Shown in pieces: positions 1 through 13,339 of a stretch of DNA of 64,000 nt. The notes under the pieces were generated by a model, which was given only the letters and a program-made list of their open reading frames with translations, was not told the DNA's origin and did not search any database. This DNA comes from Eledone cirrhosa. Its lineage: Eukaryota. The stretch covers positions 358,360,001-358,424,000 of the forward strand of contig OZ024740.1 of the NCBI GenBank assembly GCA_964016885.1, written 5' to 3'. The translations under genes were made by a program, and so were the position numbers. Numbering within the stretch: position 1 is the stretch's first letter; each line of letters opens with the position of its first letter.

Positions 1-640
1 ATATAATCTACCTGGCTTGTGTGTTCCCCCGATCTATAGGTGATCAAGTGATTGTCTCGTTTTTTGAAGTTAGTGTTACAGATAGTTAAGTTATTTGCGT
101 CGCAGAATTCCAGGATTCTGGAGCCTTCCTCATTTCTAGTACCGAACCCATAGCCTCCATGGATTCTGTCATAGCCGTCACAATGTTGTCCAACGTGACC
201 ATTTAGGTCGCCTGCAATAACTATATAGTCACTGTCGGTTATTTGGGAGGTAGCGAGCATCAGTGTCTCGTAGAATCTGTCTTTTATAGCGCCGGGCAGT
301 CCGGATTGGGGTGCGTACGCAGATATTACTGTCACCGTAGTTTTATTGAGGACAAGTCTTATTTTAATTATTCTGTCGTTCACTCTATTTACGTCTATTA
401 TCTTATCTGCCCACTTTTCTGCTACCATGATTCCTACCCCACCCAACCCATTGTCATTTCCCGCCCAGAAAAGCTTATAGCATCGTTCTTTACCCACGAT
501 GAATCTAGCCGACCCTCCCCTCCACCTGGTCTCTTGAATACAACAAACATCGACCTCCTTACGTTCAAGCATTTCTACAACCTCGTTAGAGCGACCCTTT
601 AAGGTGCCTACATTCATGGTACCAACTCTGAAGTTTGGGA
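1..640. mobile_element. Highly degenerate Penelope-like RT/linker remnants in a Nup54 intron
   Basis: Minus-strand G-x-AMGS-like codons near 140-165 and a plus-strand ...NLVRA near 580-590. Heavily frameshifted. Confidence 0.3.
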
Positions 641-1730
641 TTGCGTTTGGAGGGTGGGAGCGGTGGGGCGCGGGGGGGGGGGGGGAATGGGGTTATGTTA
701 GCCATCCTGGGCCGAAACAAGGAGGAGTGCTTGCATTCTCGTCCACGAGGTGAATTTTGCTTTATCTTTGGCATTGTCGCTGAGCGTCCACATTTTTCTC
801 TCTTCAACTCTCCAGAATTCCGTAGTCCATCCATCATATCGAAAAGCAACCAGTTAAGCGATGGTATGGGCCTCTGACTTATGATTGGTCCACGTAATAA
901 TAATGGTGGTGCGTGGGGGCGGGAGGGAGGGAAAAATGGCAATGATAATGGTATATCCAGTTTAGTATAGATACTCTGTATCCCTGCATATCATAAGTAG
1001 TAGGCAAAGGGGTTGGTGTCAGGAAGGGCATCTGGCTGTAAAATGTTGCCACAAAAAGTCTAACCCATGCTAGCATGGAAAAGTCAACGTAGATATAATG
1101 ATGTAGATATATGCATAAACTTCCTGTTTTTGTCATGCAACAGGCATATTTTGATATTTGAACATTCTTGAACTAGGCTTCTTTTTTGATAACCCTATAT
1201 TGTCTATTGCTATATATACTACATTGAACAAGAAATGGTACTTGTTCTCAACTAGGTCCATGGAGGCAAAGTGTGTGAGATACAGGGTGTGGCTGGTATT
1301 TGTTCACAAAATGGGAATAAGTGTTTTTATTTTTTGAGGTATAATTGCCAACCATGAGTTAGTTTGTCTTCATGACATGTTCTATCGATCTCACTTGATG
1401 AACCCACCTTTGGCTTTGATGACTGCTTATTTTTAAATGTTTATCCTTATATTAAAATCTTTCGTAATCTTATTTTAGAAACTTTTGTTAAGTGATATTC
1501 TAAAAATCAGCTTCCTAATGGAAGATTTAGTTATTTTATTGAATTCTATCAAAGTTTTGGTTATTTCCAAAATTATTTGAAAATCATAGGCAGTTTCTTT
1601 CATGAAAAATATGGTAAATGAAAGGGTTAAGTTGTAAAGCTTAATACTAAACTAGATAACAATTTGATATAATCGTTTGTTTTATTTGTGTGTTGCATTC
1701 AGTATTGAGTATTTAAATGTGTAATTGCAG

Positions 1731-1933
1731 GACAGAGATGGTTATCTATATTGAAGAACGGCAAATGACTGGCCAAAAAAGATGTTTTCCAACTTCCAAA
1801 GTAGTTGAGGATTTAAACAATGTGGCAGTAAAGAAAAGATTGTCTGAAAATCCCTTAAATGTCGAACATATCCTTTCAAAACAAGCCCTTACACCCGAAC
1901 AGCTGAAGCAGTATTTAGATAATCCATTAGCAG
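1731..1933 (+). CDS. NUP54: Nucleoporin Nup54, internal coding exon (first visible here; upstream exons lie outside the window)
   Basis: ttgcAG|G acceptor and GCAG|GTATGA donor. Encodes TEMVIYIEERQ...LTPEQLKQYLDNPLAG and splices in phase to the next exon (G+GC = Gly). Confidence 0.85.
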
Positions 1934-3734
1934 GTATGATTCAATGCTCTTGAAATTTTATGGCTACGTTTTATTTTCAGAATAGCGTTGAAATTTTGTT
2001 TTTTCTTGTTCAAAGCAGCTTTTAAAATATATATTAAATCTGCCAATAGCTTAACTACAATATTTCCATAAGCTATGCTAAACCCTTCTTTAGAATAAAT
2101 GTACTAGTGAAGAAGAGTTCTGTTGTGTGTATCTGGTTTCGTACAGGAAAGGTATCTGGCTGTGAAACATAACCTCAAAAACGATCCCATGACAAGTATG
2201 AAGTCTATCATGAGGCCTGCAAGGCTGTCTAACTCTTGCTTTAGCAAGAACAATTGTCTTAAAATACTTGTTATTTTGTTGTATACGATGAGTTATATGA
2301 ATGAGATATGAGTACAGATTGGGTCTTAAACTGTATAGAAATTGAAAAATTCAATAAATATAAAGAATTTTTCAACAAAAGCTACAAGAACTGTTTGGCT
2401 GTATTTTGTATTGAGGAAATCTATCCTACTTTACCTTTTTCAGAAGTTATAATTCTTGGCAGTTAGGGTTTCTATATGGTTGCTTGAACTCATAGAAATA
2501 AGAGCCAAATCTCATCTTATCTTTAAAAAAGAAATTCACATATGACAATTTAATTCTAGATATACAAACAGATGAGGTAGACATGGTTGGAACACCTTTG
2601 ATCATAACTCAATCAAAGCTGACCTGGGGCTAAACAACAATTTCAATGCTCACAACTTTTCTTGTTTCTTGTACTCCTGCCATACTAATTCTACTAGTGC
2701 ATCATTATTAACACATATCCCTGATTGATATGGGAATATTCTAAATACTCTTGAACTCCTATGAACCACTACTATCTCTGAATCTATAGTATTGTTTAAC
2801 CACTATTTAATCATGGTTATTCACAGCACATCTTCATATTGCACAACTATATGGTACTTGGAAGTAATTTAAGTAGCTGGAGTTATACCAATTTACTGCT
2901 GACTGTTCACTCTTGACTTATTTAAGAAAGCTAAGTGGGCTACTGAAACCATCCTTCACATCTCTCACAGAACCAAAGCTCATAATCCAAATCTCTGTAG
3001 TTTTTCACATGTAGCTGCACAGCGGCAATTTTGGCTATGGAGATAACCTACGACACCTGTAATACAATCACCTATCTCACTGCTGCAAGATTAGTATCCT
3101 AAACATAAACAAAACTTTCATGTATCCAAGTTTGCTGCCTGTTTTGCATCCAATTTCACATTGTGCATACTAGGCAAAATTCCACCAATACTTCTCCATT
3201 CCACTAGGTTCATTATTATGTACAAACACTCGCCAAGTGTCATACAATCATATTTAACCAACAAGGTTCATGGTCCTGACAATGTCTTCTTCATAACTCA
3301 ATCAAAGTGCAAATTTGGAAATACGCTACAGCATGTCCTTTTCCCCAAAAATGTAAATATTTTTATCCTACTAACTAACTACCTACCTATCGTTATCACC
3401 CTCAACATTACTTCAACTTCATGAGATACTCAATATCAACAATCAGTACAGCTACCATAAAGTCATTGTCTGGTGAGGACCTGCTCTTGTATATCACACA
3501 TCTATGGGCTTCATTTGTTTCTCTCTTGGATTGGAAGCTTCCTGTCATATCACATCATGTGTTCAGGTTCTCTCTATTTCACATTGCTTGAAAGTTCAGT
3601 TATGTTGCCATACAGTCTGTAAATTAGCTATCAACTTGCTATCAACTCTGACAATGTCTAATCCTTGTATGTCTTTTTTTATTACAGATAGCTCTTTTTG
3701 CTGTAGTTTATATTGTAGTTCTTTTACTTGCTAG

Positions 3735-3883
3735 GCATTGATCCATTATTGTGGCAACAGGCTAAAAAAGACAATCCAGATCCAGACACCTTTATTCCAG
3801 TTCCTATTGTTGGGTTTGAAGAACTTCTTCAACGCCTAAAGCAACAAGAGCAACAGACAAAGAACCACCAAAGTAGATTGGAT
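3735..3883 (+). CDS. NUP54: Nup54 coding exon
   Basis: ctAG acceptor and GTAAGT donor. GIDPLLWQQAKKDNPDPDTFIPVPIVGFEELLQRLKQQEQQTKNHQSRLD matches the conserved Nup54 GxDPxxWxQAKxDNPD...IPVPxVGF motif. Confidence 0.95.
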
Positions 3884-3909
3884 GTAAGTTCATTATTTAC
3901 CAACTCTAA

Positions 3910-4255
3910 GTGGGTTGGCAGTATCGGTAGAGGGTCGGGCGCCATGCTTTGCAGCACAGTTACGTCCCTTTACGGACTGAGTTGAAATCCCTCCGAGGTT
4001 AACTTACGGAGTCGATAAAATAAAGTACCAATAATACACTGGGATAATTGCTGGCCTTGTGCCAAAAGTAGAAACAATTATTTACCAACTCAATGACACC
4101 ATGCTTTGCAGCATTGAGTTATGGCCCTTTACGTTCTGAGTTCAAATCCACTGAGGTTAACTTTGCTTTTCATCCTTCGGGGTCGATAAAATAAAGCACC
4201 AGTAATGCACTGGAGTAATTGCTGGCCTTGTGCCAAAAGTAGAAATATTATTTAC
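3910..4255 (+). mobile_element. Two tandem copies of an abundant tRNA-derived SINE family
   Basis: B-box-like GAGTTCAAATCC, core TTTCATCC..GGGGTCGATAAAATAAAGTACCAG and tail GGCCTTGTGCCAAAAGTAGAAAC. The same family recurs near 8935-9128, 39060-39170, 44220-44395, 49240-49400, 51470-52130 and 58100-58660. Confidence 0.8.
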
Positions 4256-4883
4256 CAAAAATTAATTTCTTCAATTAATGTTTGTTTTTAGATATTAAGA
4301 AGACATTATCACAATATTAGTAACACTGATCAACATGGTGAAGACTCATAAATATAACTGTTATATTTATGAGTCTTCACCAAGTATTTTGTAGGTTAAT
4401 CATATATCCAATCAGACCGTATTGTGACTTTCTTGTAACATGTTATTTGTCACTAAAGCTACATGTTACTATACTGTCTGTTGCTAAACTAAGGTCAGCC
4501 ATGACCACATTATCATGTCTTTGCCCTTTTTTAGAGAGTAGCTTGAATTTGAGGGAAATAGGCTGTTATTTTTTAGGGGTTGTGTGACCACATAGATTCC
4601 CATTGTTAACAATATATGTAAGGATCTTAATTTTAACATTGTTTACTGTGATCAGACTTAGTTATATGTTGCCAATTAAGACTATATGTCTAAGTGTTAT
4701 TTCTCACCCTAGTTAAATATGTTACTTGTCACCAAGTTTGATGGTGTAAATTTTAGCTATATATGTCTCTAATGTATTGCAACAAGCAAGCAACATTCTA
4801 TTATAGTTTTCACTTAATATCATTTCTGTATTAAATTCTTGTTAGTTATCAGAAATGTTATTTTGTATTGTCTTTATATATAG

Positions 4884-4991
4884 TTGATTGCCCAAGAGTT
4901 GAATGAACTGCAGCTAAAGCACCGTAATACTGTTGCCAGAATGGATGAAGCTAAACGTAAACACCTTAACCTGGGGCATCGCCTTTTAAAA
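4884..4991 (+). CDS. NUP54: Nup54 coding exon (not in the ORF track)
   Basis: tatAG acceptor and GTAAGT donor, 108 nt, phase 0. Encodes LIAQELNELQLKHRNTVARMDEAKRKHLNLGHRLLK (coiled coil). Confidence 0.92.
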
Positions 4992-5237
4992 GTAAGTAAA
5001 AGTAATATTTTATAGCATACATTTTGTAAACAATAGTGTCATTGATTAAGGTTTATGCCCGCAATCTTGCCTCTGCCTATTCCATGGATTCAGCTATAAG
5101 GACTAGATCATCAATATTCAAGAGTTCCCATGGAATGTCAGTCTTAAACTCCTCAGTTATGGCCTGAAGAACAATGATAAGCAGAAGTGGACTGAACCCT
5201 GGTGGTCCTCCACATGACTTACAAAGAACAGTCAATA

Positions 5238-5556
5238 CATCATCATCATCATTTTACGTCCGCTTTTCCTTGCTTGCAATGGTTGGACGGGTCCTATTCA
5301 GCACAGCATCTCTCCACTTGTCATGGTCCTTCGCCTGCTCTCACCACCTCTGCCCATGTTTTTCGTGGTCTACCTCTACTGCGTCTTCCTTCTACTGGGA
5401 TTTCTTGGCACTTCTTTACCCAGCGGTCATCCTCCATGCGCATCACATGTCCATACCATCTCGGCCTTCTCTCCTGCACACCACAACTTATCCCTCTTAT
5501 ACCCAGTTTCTTTCCAACTCGTCTATTGGCATTGCACATCCAAGTTTACTTGGTGA
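5238..5556 (-). mobile_element. 3' fragment of an RTE-clade LINE with a (GAT)n tail
   Basis: RWYGHVMRMEDDRWVKKC...RSRGRPRKTW C-terminal motif, followed by a short tandem-repeat tail. Confidence 0.8.
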
Positions 5557-6837
5557 GTTGCCAAATTTTCAGCAGCCCAAATATGATATCAATAAAAGAT
5601 CAATAGATCCTGACTAGAAGCAATTGCATCTACATTAGGAAACTGATAAACCATCTACCTGTAACTCCTGGTGGAGTCGTAGGGATGCCAGAGTAAAATA
5701 CAGCATTTCTTGGACATTTTTTAAACCTAGTACAGCCCAACGCCTCTTCAGGTCTGAACACACCCAATTTCTTTGAGTGATACAGGGAAAGTGATGAAGA
5801 AATATGAAGGAAGAATGAACCTCTGTACTGGATTGGTACTTTGTTTTATTAACTTCAAAACGATGAAAGACAAAGTTGACTTTGGCAGGACTTGAATTTA
5901 GAATGTTGATTCAGAGTATATACTGCAAAGCATTCTATCCAACGTTCTAACAGCTCTGCCAATTCGCTGCCTCTCCTGTATATGAATGACAACCAATTAG
6001 CGACCCTACATCAGTGTATAGAATTCAGTAAAAAGATCTGCATTAACCCTTTCATTACCATTTTTCTAATGACAAACACTGCCTATAATTTTCAAATTAT
6101 TTTGAAAATAATAGAAAATTTGGGAAGATTTAGTAATATAACTTATTCATTATTTATCAGGTGTTTGGAAGATAATTTCACAAAGGTTCTTACATGAAAT
6201 TATGATGAAAAGTTTTTAGATAAATATAAACATTGTAAAATACATAGCGTAGAATCATAGAACCAAATGCAGTATGTTATGAAAAGGGTTAATTAAAAAT
6301 GTTCCAAAGCTATCATAAAAAAAAGAAAATTGATAAAAACATTGTAGTAAAAATTCAAAAGTCTAAGAACTAGAAAAATTGTGCTAGCTACACACACTTG
6401 TAGATATAAAAAGAACCTATATATGTAAATATTCAATGAAAAAGATTAAATGAAGTAGATATTGTACAGGAGTTGATAAATACTTAAATGGATTTGCTAG
6501 GATTGTTTACAGAATTGCACTGGAATAATTAACAGTAAGAACCCCTATATTATATAGAAAAAGACTGCTTTTGTACATGCATATGATGCATATAGAGGAT
6601 GACAGTTGTGTAAACATGCCAATTAATCCAAGTAGAAGCAACCTACAGAAAGAAAAGCCCAAAGAAGACATGAATAAGTGGTGAAAGCTGAACTTCAAGG
6701 AGATGATGAAGGATTGCCACAATTGGCAAGACGCTAGTCCATGTCGAATCCATAGAAGTATGAATAAACAGACATAAAAATGATGATGATATATATATTA
6801 TCTGATTTCTTTACATTGTATTTGTTTAACATTATAG

Positions 6838-6957
6838 GTTATTGTCAAGCAAGAGGTTTACAGAAAATTAGGTGTTGCAATGCAGGATACTGAAGAACAA
6901 TTCCGTGCTCAGCTGGAAGCTTTGCAGTCAGAACTTAATCATCCGACACAGTTCAAG
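6838..6957 (+). CDS. NUP54: Nup54 coding exon
   Basis: tatAG acceptor and GTAAGT donor, 120 nt. VIVKQEVYRKLGVAMQDTEEQFRAQLEALQSELNHPTQFK resembles the vertebrate ...GELNAPTQFK segment. Confidence 0.95.
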
Positions 6958-7269
6958 GTAAGTTATCATAATCACCAAAATCATCAATATAACAATTCTT
7001 ATGTAACCTTATGTTCTTGGGCCTCATCTATTTCTTTTCAAGTTTTCCTTGGTCTGTTTTTATCATGAACATGGCAAGTTGGCAAAAAATGCCTTGTTCA
7101 AATCCTGTTGAGGGCAATTTTGCCTTTCATTCTTTTGCATTTTATAAATCAAATACCAGCCCAGTATTAGTGTTGGTTCTTCCCCTGTCTCTTTCTCATT
7201 TAATATCTCTTTCTTTCTTTCTCTGGAAGAAATTGGATACGATCCCACCTGGATAGGGATGAACACTGC

Positions 7270-7790
7270 CAGGCTTAAAATGTTGAAATGTGTTTCAGGA
7301 CAGCACTGGATTACTACTCCACCAGAAGTTCTTCACCGTTCTGAGAGGGTCGTGGGGGCAGAATCCTCAAACATTCCTTCCAGCTGGTTCTGTCAGGAGC
7401 ACCCATCTGCTATTGATCTGGCTGGTTCCACAAACGAGACCAGCCAAGCTCATGGATGTTGTCCAACCATCTTGCTCAGGGTTGACCCCTTGGTCTCCTG
7501 CCAGTTGGTTTTGTCCATAAAATCTGTCCAGTGATACTTTCCTGAGACATTCTAACCACATGCCCATAGTATTGGACCTTTGAAATCTCAATTCGGAGAA
7601 GTAGCAGCTCTAACTGGAGTGACTCTGATCTCCAAGCTAAGCACTCTATCGAGTAACGTTACTCCAAAGACTCTTCAAAGGAACCTTATTTCGGCCGCTT
7701 GTATTTATGATCGTATTCTTTCAGTCATTACCCAAGATTCATGACCATAGGTAAGGGTTGGCATGAATAGTGAGTTTGGTTTTTACACCT
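7270..7790 (-). mobile_element. RTE-clade LINE 3' remnant (related copy at about 56330-56690)
   Basis: Minus strand reads PTLTYGHESWVMTERIRS..QAAEIRFL, typical of the region C-terminal to RTE RT. Confidence 0.6.
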
Positions 7791-8427
7791 ACCTTCTGAT
7801 TACTGAATGCTGAAGCTGTTAAGGTCCAGAAAAGAGAGAATCTCTATCTTGGATACTTTCCATCATCAACTCACTGTCTCTTTTTCAACCAACATGCACC
7901 ATCCATAAACATTAATGAGTTGTTACTTTGCCAATTCATTTGTTCAATCTTTCACATGATTTAGCTTGGTATATCTTATGAAAATATGATATAATTTATC
8001 TCTTGAGTATTCAGATTCATCTGACGTAAGGACAAGGCTATTAATAGCTCTAACTAACAATACTCAGGATTTGTTAATATGATCAACAATCTGCTGTAGG
8101 AGATACATAGTTTTTAATTTCTTTATTTGTATATATGAATACATTACATATAGTGTCATTCATTTATGGATACTAAAAGATTCAATAGAATGTCAATTTA
8201 TCATAGATAGTATTCCTAGATAATTTACTAAGTGAACTGAGGCAGATAAAATTAAATGTAATGCTAAAACACAACAATGCTTGAAGATGTTATTAGCATA
8301 TAAGTGATGAACTCTAGGTTATTCACTTCATTTCTCTATTTGACTCACTAATTCCCTCACTCTCTCCCTCTTTTCCCTACCCATTATTTCGTATAGCTCC
8401 TGGAACTAATGTAATTTGTTATTTCAG

Positions 8428-8538
8428 GGCCGACTCAATGAATTATTGTCACAAATTCGCATGCAGAATCATTTGACCACGCCATGGGTTGATGCAAATT
8501 ACCAAATGGAACCTCTTATGGAAGAAGAGATCCGAGAA
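8428..8538 (+). CDS. NUP54: Nup54 coding exon
   Basis: ttcAG acceptor and GTATGT donor, 111 nt. GRLNELLSQIRMQNH is the Nup54 signature. Confidence 0.95.
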
Positions 8539-8579
8539 GTATGTATTTATTATTATATATATGTGTGTGTGTGTGTGTG

Positions 8580-8616
<37 letters not shown>

Positions 8617-8652
8617 CAAGCAGGGAAAAGCGGACGTAAAATGCTGATGATG

Positions 8653-8695
<43 letters not shown>

Positions 8696-8934
8696 ATATT
8701 ATGCCGGTACCACAAAACATCCAGCCCAAACTGTAAAGTGGTCGTGTAGGTGTCACTACAAAAAGACCCAGCACACACTAATTGTGGTTGGTGTTAGGAA
8801 GGGCATCCAGCCATAGAAAACCAGCTAGAAACACTCCTGACCCAACTTGCCTCTAAATGGGATAAACCCGTCAGAATCTGGTCAGGTAAATCTGGGATAT
8901 CAGTTGAACTTTCATTGGCAATGTTTTAGAAGAG

Positions 8935-9128
8935 TAATAATTGTTTCTACTTTTGGCACAAGGCCAGCAAATCACCAGTGCATTACTGGTACTTTATTTT
9001 ATCGACCCCGTAAGGATGAAAGGCAAAGTTAACCTCGGCGGGATTTGAACTCAGAATGGCAAGGGCCGTAACTCTATGCGTCAAAGCATGGCGTCCGACC
9101 CTTTCCCGATACTGCCAATCCACCGCCA
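8935..9128 (-). mobile_element. tRNA-derived SINE
   Basis: Reverse complement of the family at 3910-4255. Confidence 0.8.
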
Positions 9129-9620
9129 ATGGTGTCTATCAAGCTGTCTTACTCTCAAAACTCTGCATCAAGGCAAGGTGTCTAGTAAACACTCATTAAC
9201 CTGTTGGAATATTTTTTTCTACTTTCATTTACAATGGTACAATTCTGTATTAAAATATCACCCCAAAACAATTGAAATATAGGTTGTAAATAGAGAACCA
9301 AAAGAAGTTAATAGTTTGGAAAACCCAAACTATTCCTACAATAATAACTCTTTTAATCCTTTTTTAACCACATTTTTAAAGGAAGACACTGCTTACGGTT
9401 TTCAATAACTTTGAAAAAATTTGAAGGAATTTAATAATATAACAATTTTCTCATTAATAAGGTATTGTTTGGAGCATAAACGTTTTTACATAAAATTATG
9501 GCGGAAGGTTTTTAGATGAAATAAAGTTTTATATTTTAGAACTAGAGGTAGTCTAGTATTAAAAGGATTGAAACGTATCAATATATATGGTTTAAGTTTA
9601 CAAGTATTTCTCTTTTACAG

Positions 9621-9740
9621 CTTTTAAAACAACAACAAACTGGAATACAACATATTATACAACTAATGAAAGAAGACTCTTTGGATCTTTGTCTAATTGA
9701 AGAGGGTCTGGCTGAAATCTCTGCTTCTCATAATAGATAG
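9621..9740 (+). CDS. NUP54: Nup54 terminal coding exon
   Basis: Polypyrimidine tract with ttacAG acceptor. Encodes LLKQQQTGIQHIIQLMKEDSLDLCLIEEGLAEISASHNR followed by a TAG stop; resembles the Nup54 C-terminal LKQQQEGLSHLI helix. Confidence 0.92.
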   Translation, partial: LLKQQQTGIQHIIQLMKEDSLDLCLIEEGLAEISASHNR

Positions 9741-9879
9741 CAGTGAAGAGTGGCTTAGCACTTCTCCTTCCAACAAATATACCGTCATGTAATTATTAAC
9801 ACTATAAATTCATCCTGTGGATCTGGTTGTCATTATCTGAAAAGGTAACTGATCCATTATTTTGTTTCTAAAAGATAAA

Positions 9880-9885
9880 AATAAA
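9880..9885 (+). terminator. Candidate polyadenylation signal of Nup54
   Basis: AATAAA 140 nt after the stop codon, followed by a T-rich stretch. Confidence 0.5.
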
Positions 9886-10587
9886 GTTTTTTTTATATTT
9901 CTATTTGAGTCCTTCTATTATTACCATTTATTCTGAATAGAATGTTTTCTGCACATATAACTTTCAACATTATATTCTTCTCATAAATCTGAATGTAATG
10001 TCTATATTTCCACAGTAGAGTATTGCTTGCACACTATCTTTCTTTTTTCTTGTGCACTATACTTCCACTCTAGTACATCACTGCTAAGGAGGAAATTGAT
10101 TCCTTCCCATTTATCTTCTCTCACTGGGTTATTTAGTTACTAGGAGACGGTAGTCTTTAAACTGAAACATTCGACCATGAGTAAAAGTTTATCTGCTGTC
10201 AACTGATTGCAAAGACTTCTTTTCATGTGCCATATATGTACAAACCATCCAGTCATCTTTGCATTAGGCTCAAAACGTCCAGGCTGCAACAACCATCATT
10301 GGCAAAATAGTAAGGTCTAGCAATAATGTAGAATTAAAACAATCCTAAAGAATAGAAACTCAAGTTGTGAATAACTTTAAATTCAATCATGACAAACATT
10401 TGTTGTAACTTTTTATGAGTATCTTTGTCTAGAAATTAAATATAAATTAATAGTGAATAGATTAAATTATCATGCCTAAAAGTTTAAATTTCCTTCATCT
10501 CAAAGGTAACTATAGCCACAGTTTATAGAGGAGTTACATTAAGAAAGTGTTATATGGAGGTAAATATACAACTTGCATCTAAACAGG

Positions 10588-10850
10588 TGCATGGCCTAGT
10601 GGTAAGTGTATTGGACTTACTATCATAAAGTCATGGGTTCGATTCCTGCAATGGGTTGTGTGTTGTGTTCTTGAGCAAAACATTTCATTTCATGGTGCTC
10701 CAATATACTCAACTGAAAACGAGTACCAGCAGTAGCTGGGAATTTAACTTTGCAATAGACTGGCATCTTGTCCAGTGAGGAGTCTTGTACTCTGTCACTT
10801 AACACACAAAAACTGGGATAAAAACTAGCCTGATGAGCTTCTGGGCTCAA
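10588..10850 (+). mobile_element. tRNA-head SINE of a second family (related copy at about 31580-31700)
   Basis: A box TGGCCTAGTGG, B box GGTTCGATTCC, followed by TTGTGTTCTTGAGCAAAACA. Confidence 0.7.
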
Positions 10851-11619
10851 GAGACTTAAGACATTTTTAGAAACACTCAGAACTAGACATTGGCCCCTAA
10901 ACAGTGAAAAGAACTGGTAAAATTTATTAATTGTAAACTGATCATATAACTGTCAAATTCAACCCAGGTTAACAGTCCTTCCTTAAGCAAAATACTTGCT
11001 ATAATAACAATGTTAATGCCAACAATGATAGACAGGCAGACAGTAGAACCATTAAAGATAGTAGCAAGCAATGTATGTTTAAGTGAGCATGTTTGTTTTC
11101 TTGTTTGCATGTTGCTTTACTTGTGTGCAGCAATAGCCATGGAAAGAAAAGATAGTTTAATAGATAGAGACAGACACACACACACGTATATACACAAGAA
11201 AAGTAAAGTTTGGAAATATTTCCTGCACAGTAAAATATAATGGGAAACACGCTACACTGATTTGTCGACATGATCTCAATCTTAGCATTTTTAAAATGTT
11301 AAATATATTTAGCATTTTATAGTTATTCTGGAGTCCAAATTTTACTCCTGTTGATAAATTGACTAAAAATTGTTTTGAAATGTCTCTGATTTAGGCACAG
11401 GGCTAAGTTAAACCATCATAATAACACCAAGGTTCTTGTTTTGACTGCCTCTCTGAGATAACAACAGTAGGGCTTAATATCATATTGTATTCTATTTTAT
11501 TGGTCTCGAAAGACTGGATCTGTGCCTGGATAATTTTGTCAGCTACTGATGGTGGTGCAGTATCTGTTGAGGTTGAGCAGGCCCACATGGGAATGGCTGT
11601 CTTCAATGAAGTGACTGCA

Positions 11620-12356
11620 TTTGAAGATGCTCTCCTCTGGTCTTTACTTTGGTGGCATGTTTTAGTTTCTTCATCGTGGGCAATCATTAATGACCTCCCA
11701 TCTCTGGATGTCCAGATCTCTTGACTTCACATCTTTCCTGCAGATGTCTTTGAAATGAAGATGAGGTCATCTTTGTGCTTGTGGCCAGTTCCCCATACAG
11801 TCAGTTTTGGGATATGATGTATGTGACTAAGCCAGCGCTGTTGGAGCAGGGTGAATATGTTGGGTATTTTTTTGCAGTTCAGGACTGGTTAACTGGTCGG
11901 TCCACTTGGTATCCAAAATGCGTCTCAGGCTACGAAGGTGGAAGACATTGAGACGCCGCTCCTGTCTGGAGTACAGGCTCCATGTCTTGCTGCTGTAAAG
12001 TTATGTGCTGAGTACACACTCTCTGTAGACAGCAATTTTGGTGTTTGTTGTCTGTTCTCCCAGACTCTATCAGCCTGGAAAATGTGGAGGTTGCTCTTCT
12101 AACTCTCCTGCATATTTTGGGGTCGAAGGAGATGTTGTCAGTGATGATAGAGGTGAGATAGATTAATTTGTGGACTACTTCCAGCTCGTAGTTCTTGATG
12201 GTTATGGTACAGGGTGCTTGACACCTTGGCGCAATACATTGGTTTTTTTTCGGATTGGTCAGGCTGAATTCCTGGCTGGCCCTCGAGAGTTCATCCATGA
12301 GATGCTGTATTTGCCCCTCAAAGTGTGCTGCCAATGAGATTGCAACATTGTCACCC
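11620..12356 (-). mobile_element. RTE-clade LINE RT remnant
   Basis: ...ELEVVHKLIYLTSIITDN...RRVRRATSTFSRL, a frameshifted RT thumb region. Confidence 0.7.
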
Positions 12357-12409
12357 TCTATAATATTGTATATCCATACAATATATACACACTGTACAGT
12401 GAACAAGGT

Positions 12410-13122
12410 AAACAGTAAAAAATATTGTAAACATATACAGTAGAGAAAAAAACTTTTGGCACAAGAGACAGCTCGTAGTATAGGAGAACGGTTAAATGAA
12501 CACTGGCGAGAGCTTCAAGATAAAAAAGAATCATCTGTACTCCACCAACATGCTAAAATAGAACATGAAGGCAAATTAGAGAACATAGAAATAAAAATAG
12601 AATCTACATACAGAAAAGATGCAATGTTTAGACAAATCCCAGAGGCAATAAACATAAATGAACTCCAACCAATATTAAATAGAAAACGATGAATGGAATA
12701 GCAACATCACAACTTACAATTAAGGACAAAATGAAAACACACACACATAGAACAAACAACCAACCAGTAACATGTAAATAAACAAATAAAAATACACACA
12801 GACACCCGGATGTAACATACAAAAACAAGATGGCGTAGGACAGAACAAATGAGAGGCACAAAACAAAGAAAAGAATCCCCAGTCACTGAAGAGGTCACAG
12901 AATGTGTGACGAAAGAACTTTGACAATATATGAACAACCGCCCCGTTGGGGAACCAACCAACCAACCGGAAATTTATAAATTCTTAAATTTATAATAAAT
13001 TGGAGTGAAACAACTGGTGCGTGTGTTTCTTATTGGCAACATGACCCTCCCAAAGTATAACAATATCGGTTTCAACACACGTTTTCAGATAAAGAATCTT
13101 GCTAAACAAATTCAGAAACGAA
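12410..13122 (+). mobile_element. Penelope-like element 3' end: GIY-YIG endonuclease remnant, UTR with hammerhead, ending in (TA)n
   Basis: ORF 12456-12692 (QETARSIGERLNEH...SSVLHQH...RQIPEAINI...LNRK) fits the PLE GIY-YIG C-terminus. Its tail CATGACCCTCCCAAAGTATAACAAT recurs near 42190-42235 (-) and 61021-61052. Confidence 0.75.
12882..12924 (+). ncRNA. Minimal type I hammerhead ribozyme (PLE-associated)
   Basis: GUCA-CUGAAGA-g-GUCACA(gaaug)UGUGAC-GAAA-G(aa)C-UU/UGAC. Stems I and II pair; stem III is minimal. Confidence 0.7.
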
Positions 13123-13146
13123 ATATATATATATATATATATATAA

Positions 13147-13196
<50 letters not shown>

Positions 13197-13288
13197 TAAA
13201 ATAAAATAAAATTAGAATTTTATTTCTCGCCCTAACACAGCTGATACATAAATGTGAGTATGCATACGTACACACGCGTGTGTGTGTG

Positions 13289-13339
<51 letters not shown>

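Noticed and set aside
243-1136. Overlapping ORFs at the window start as Nup54 exons
   Set aside because: No Nup54-like sequence or consistent splice phase; intronic repeat debris.
10829-10856. CTGATGA motif at a SINE 3' end
   Set aside because: No GAAA box and no stem I or III pairing.
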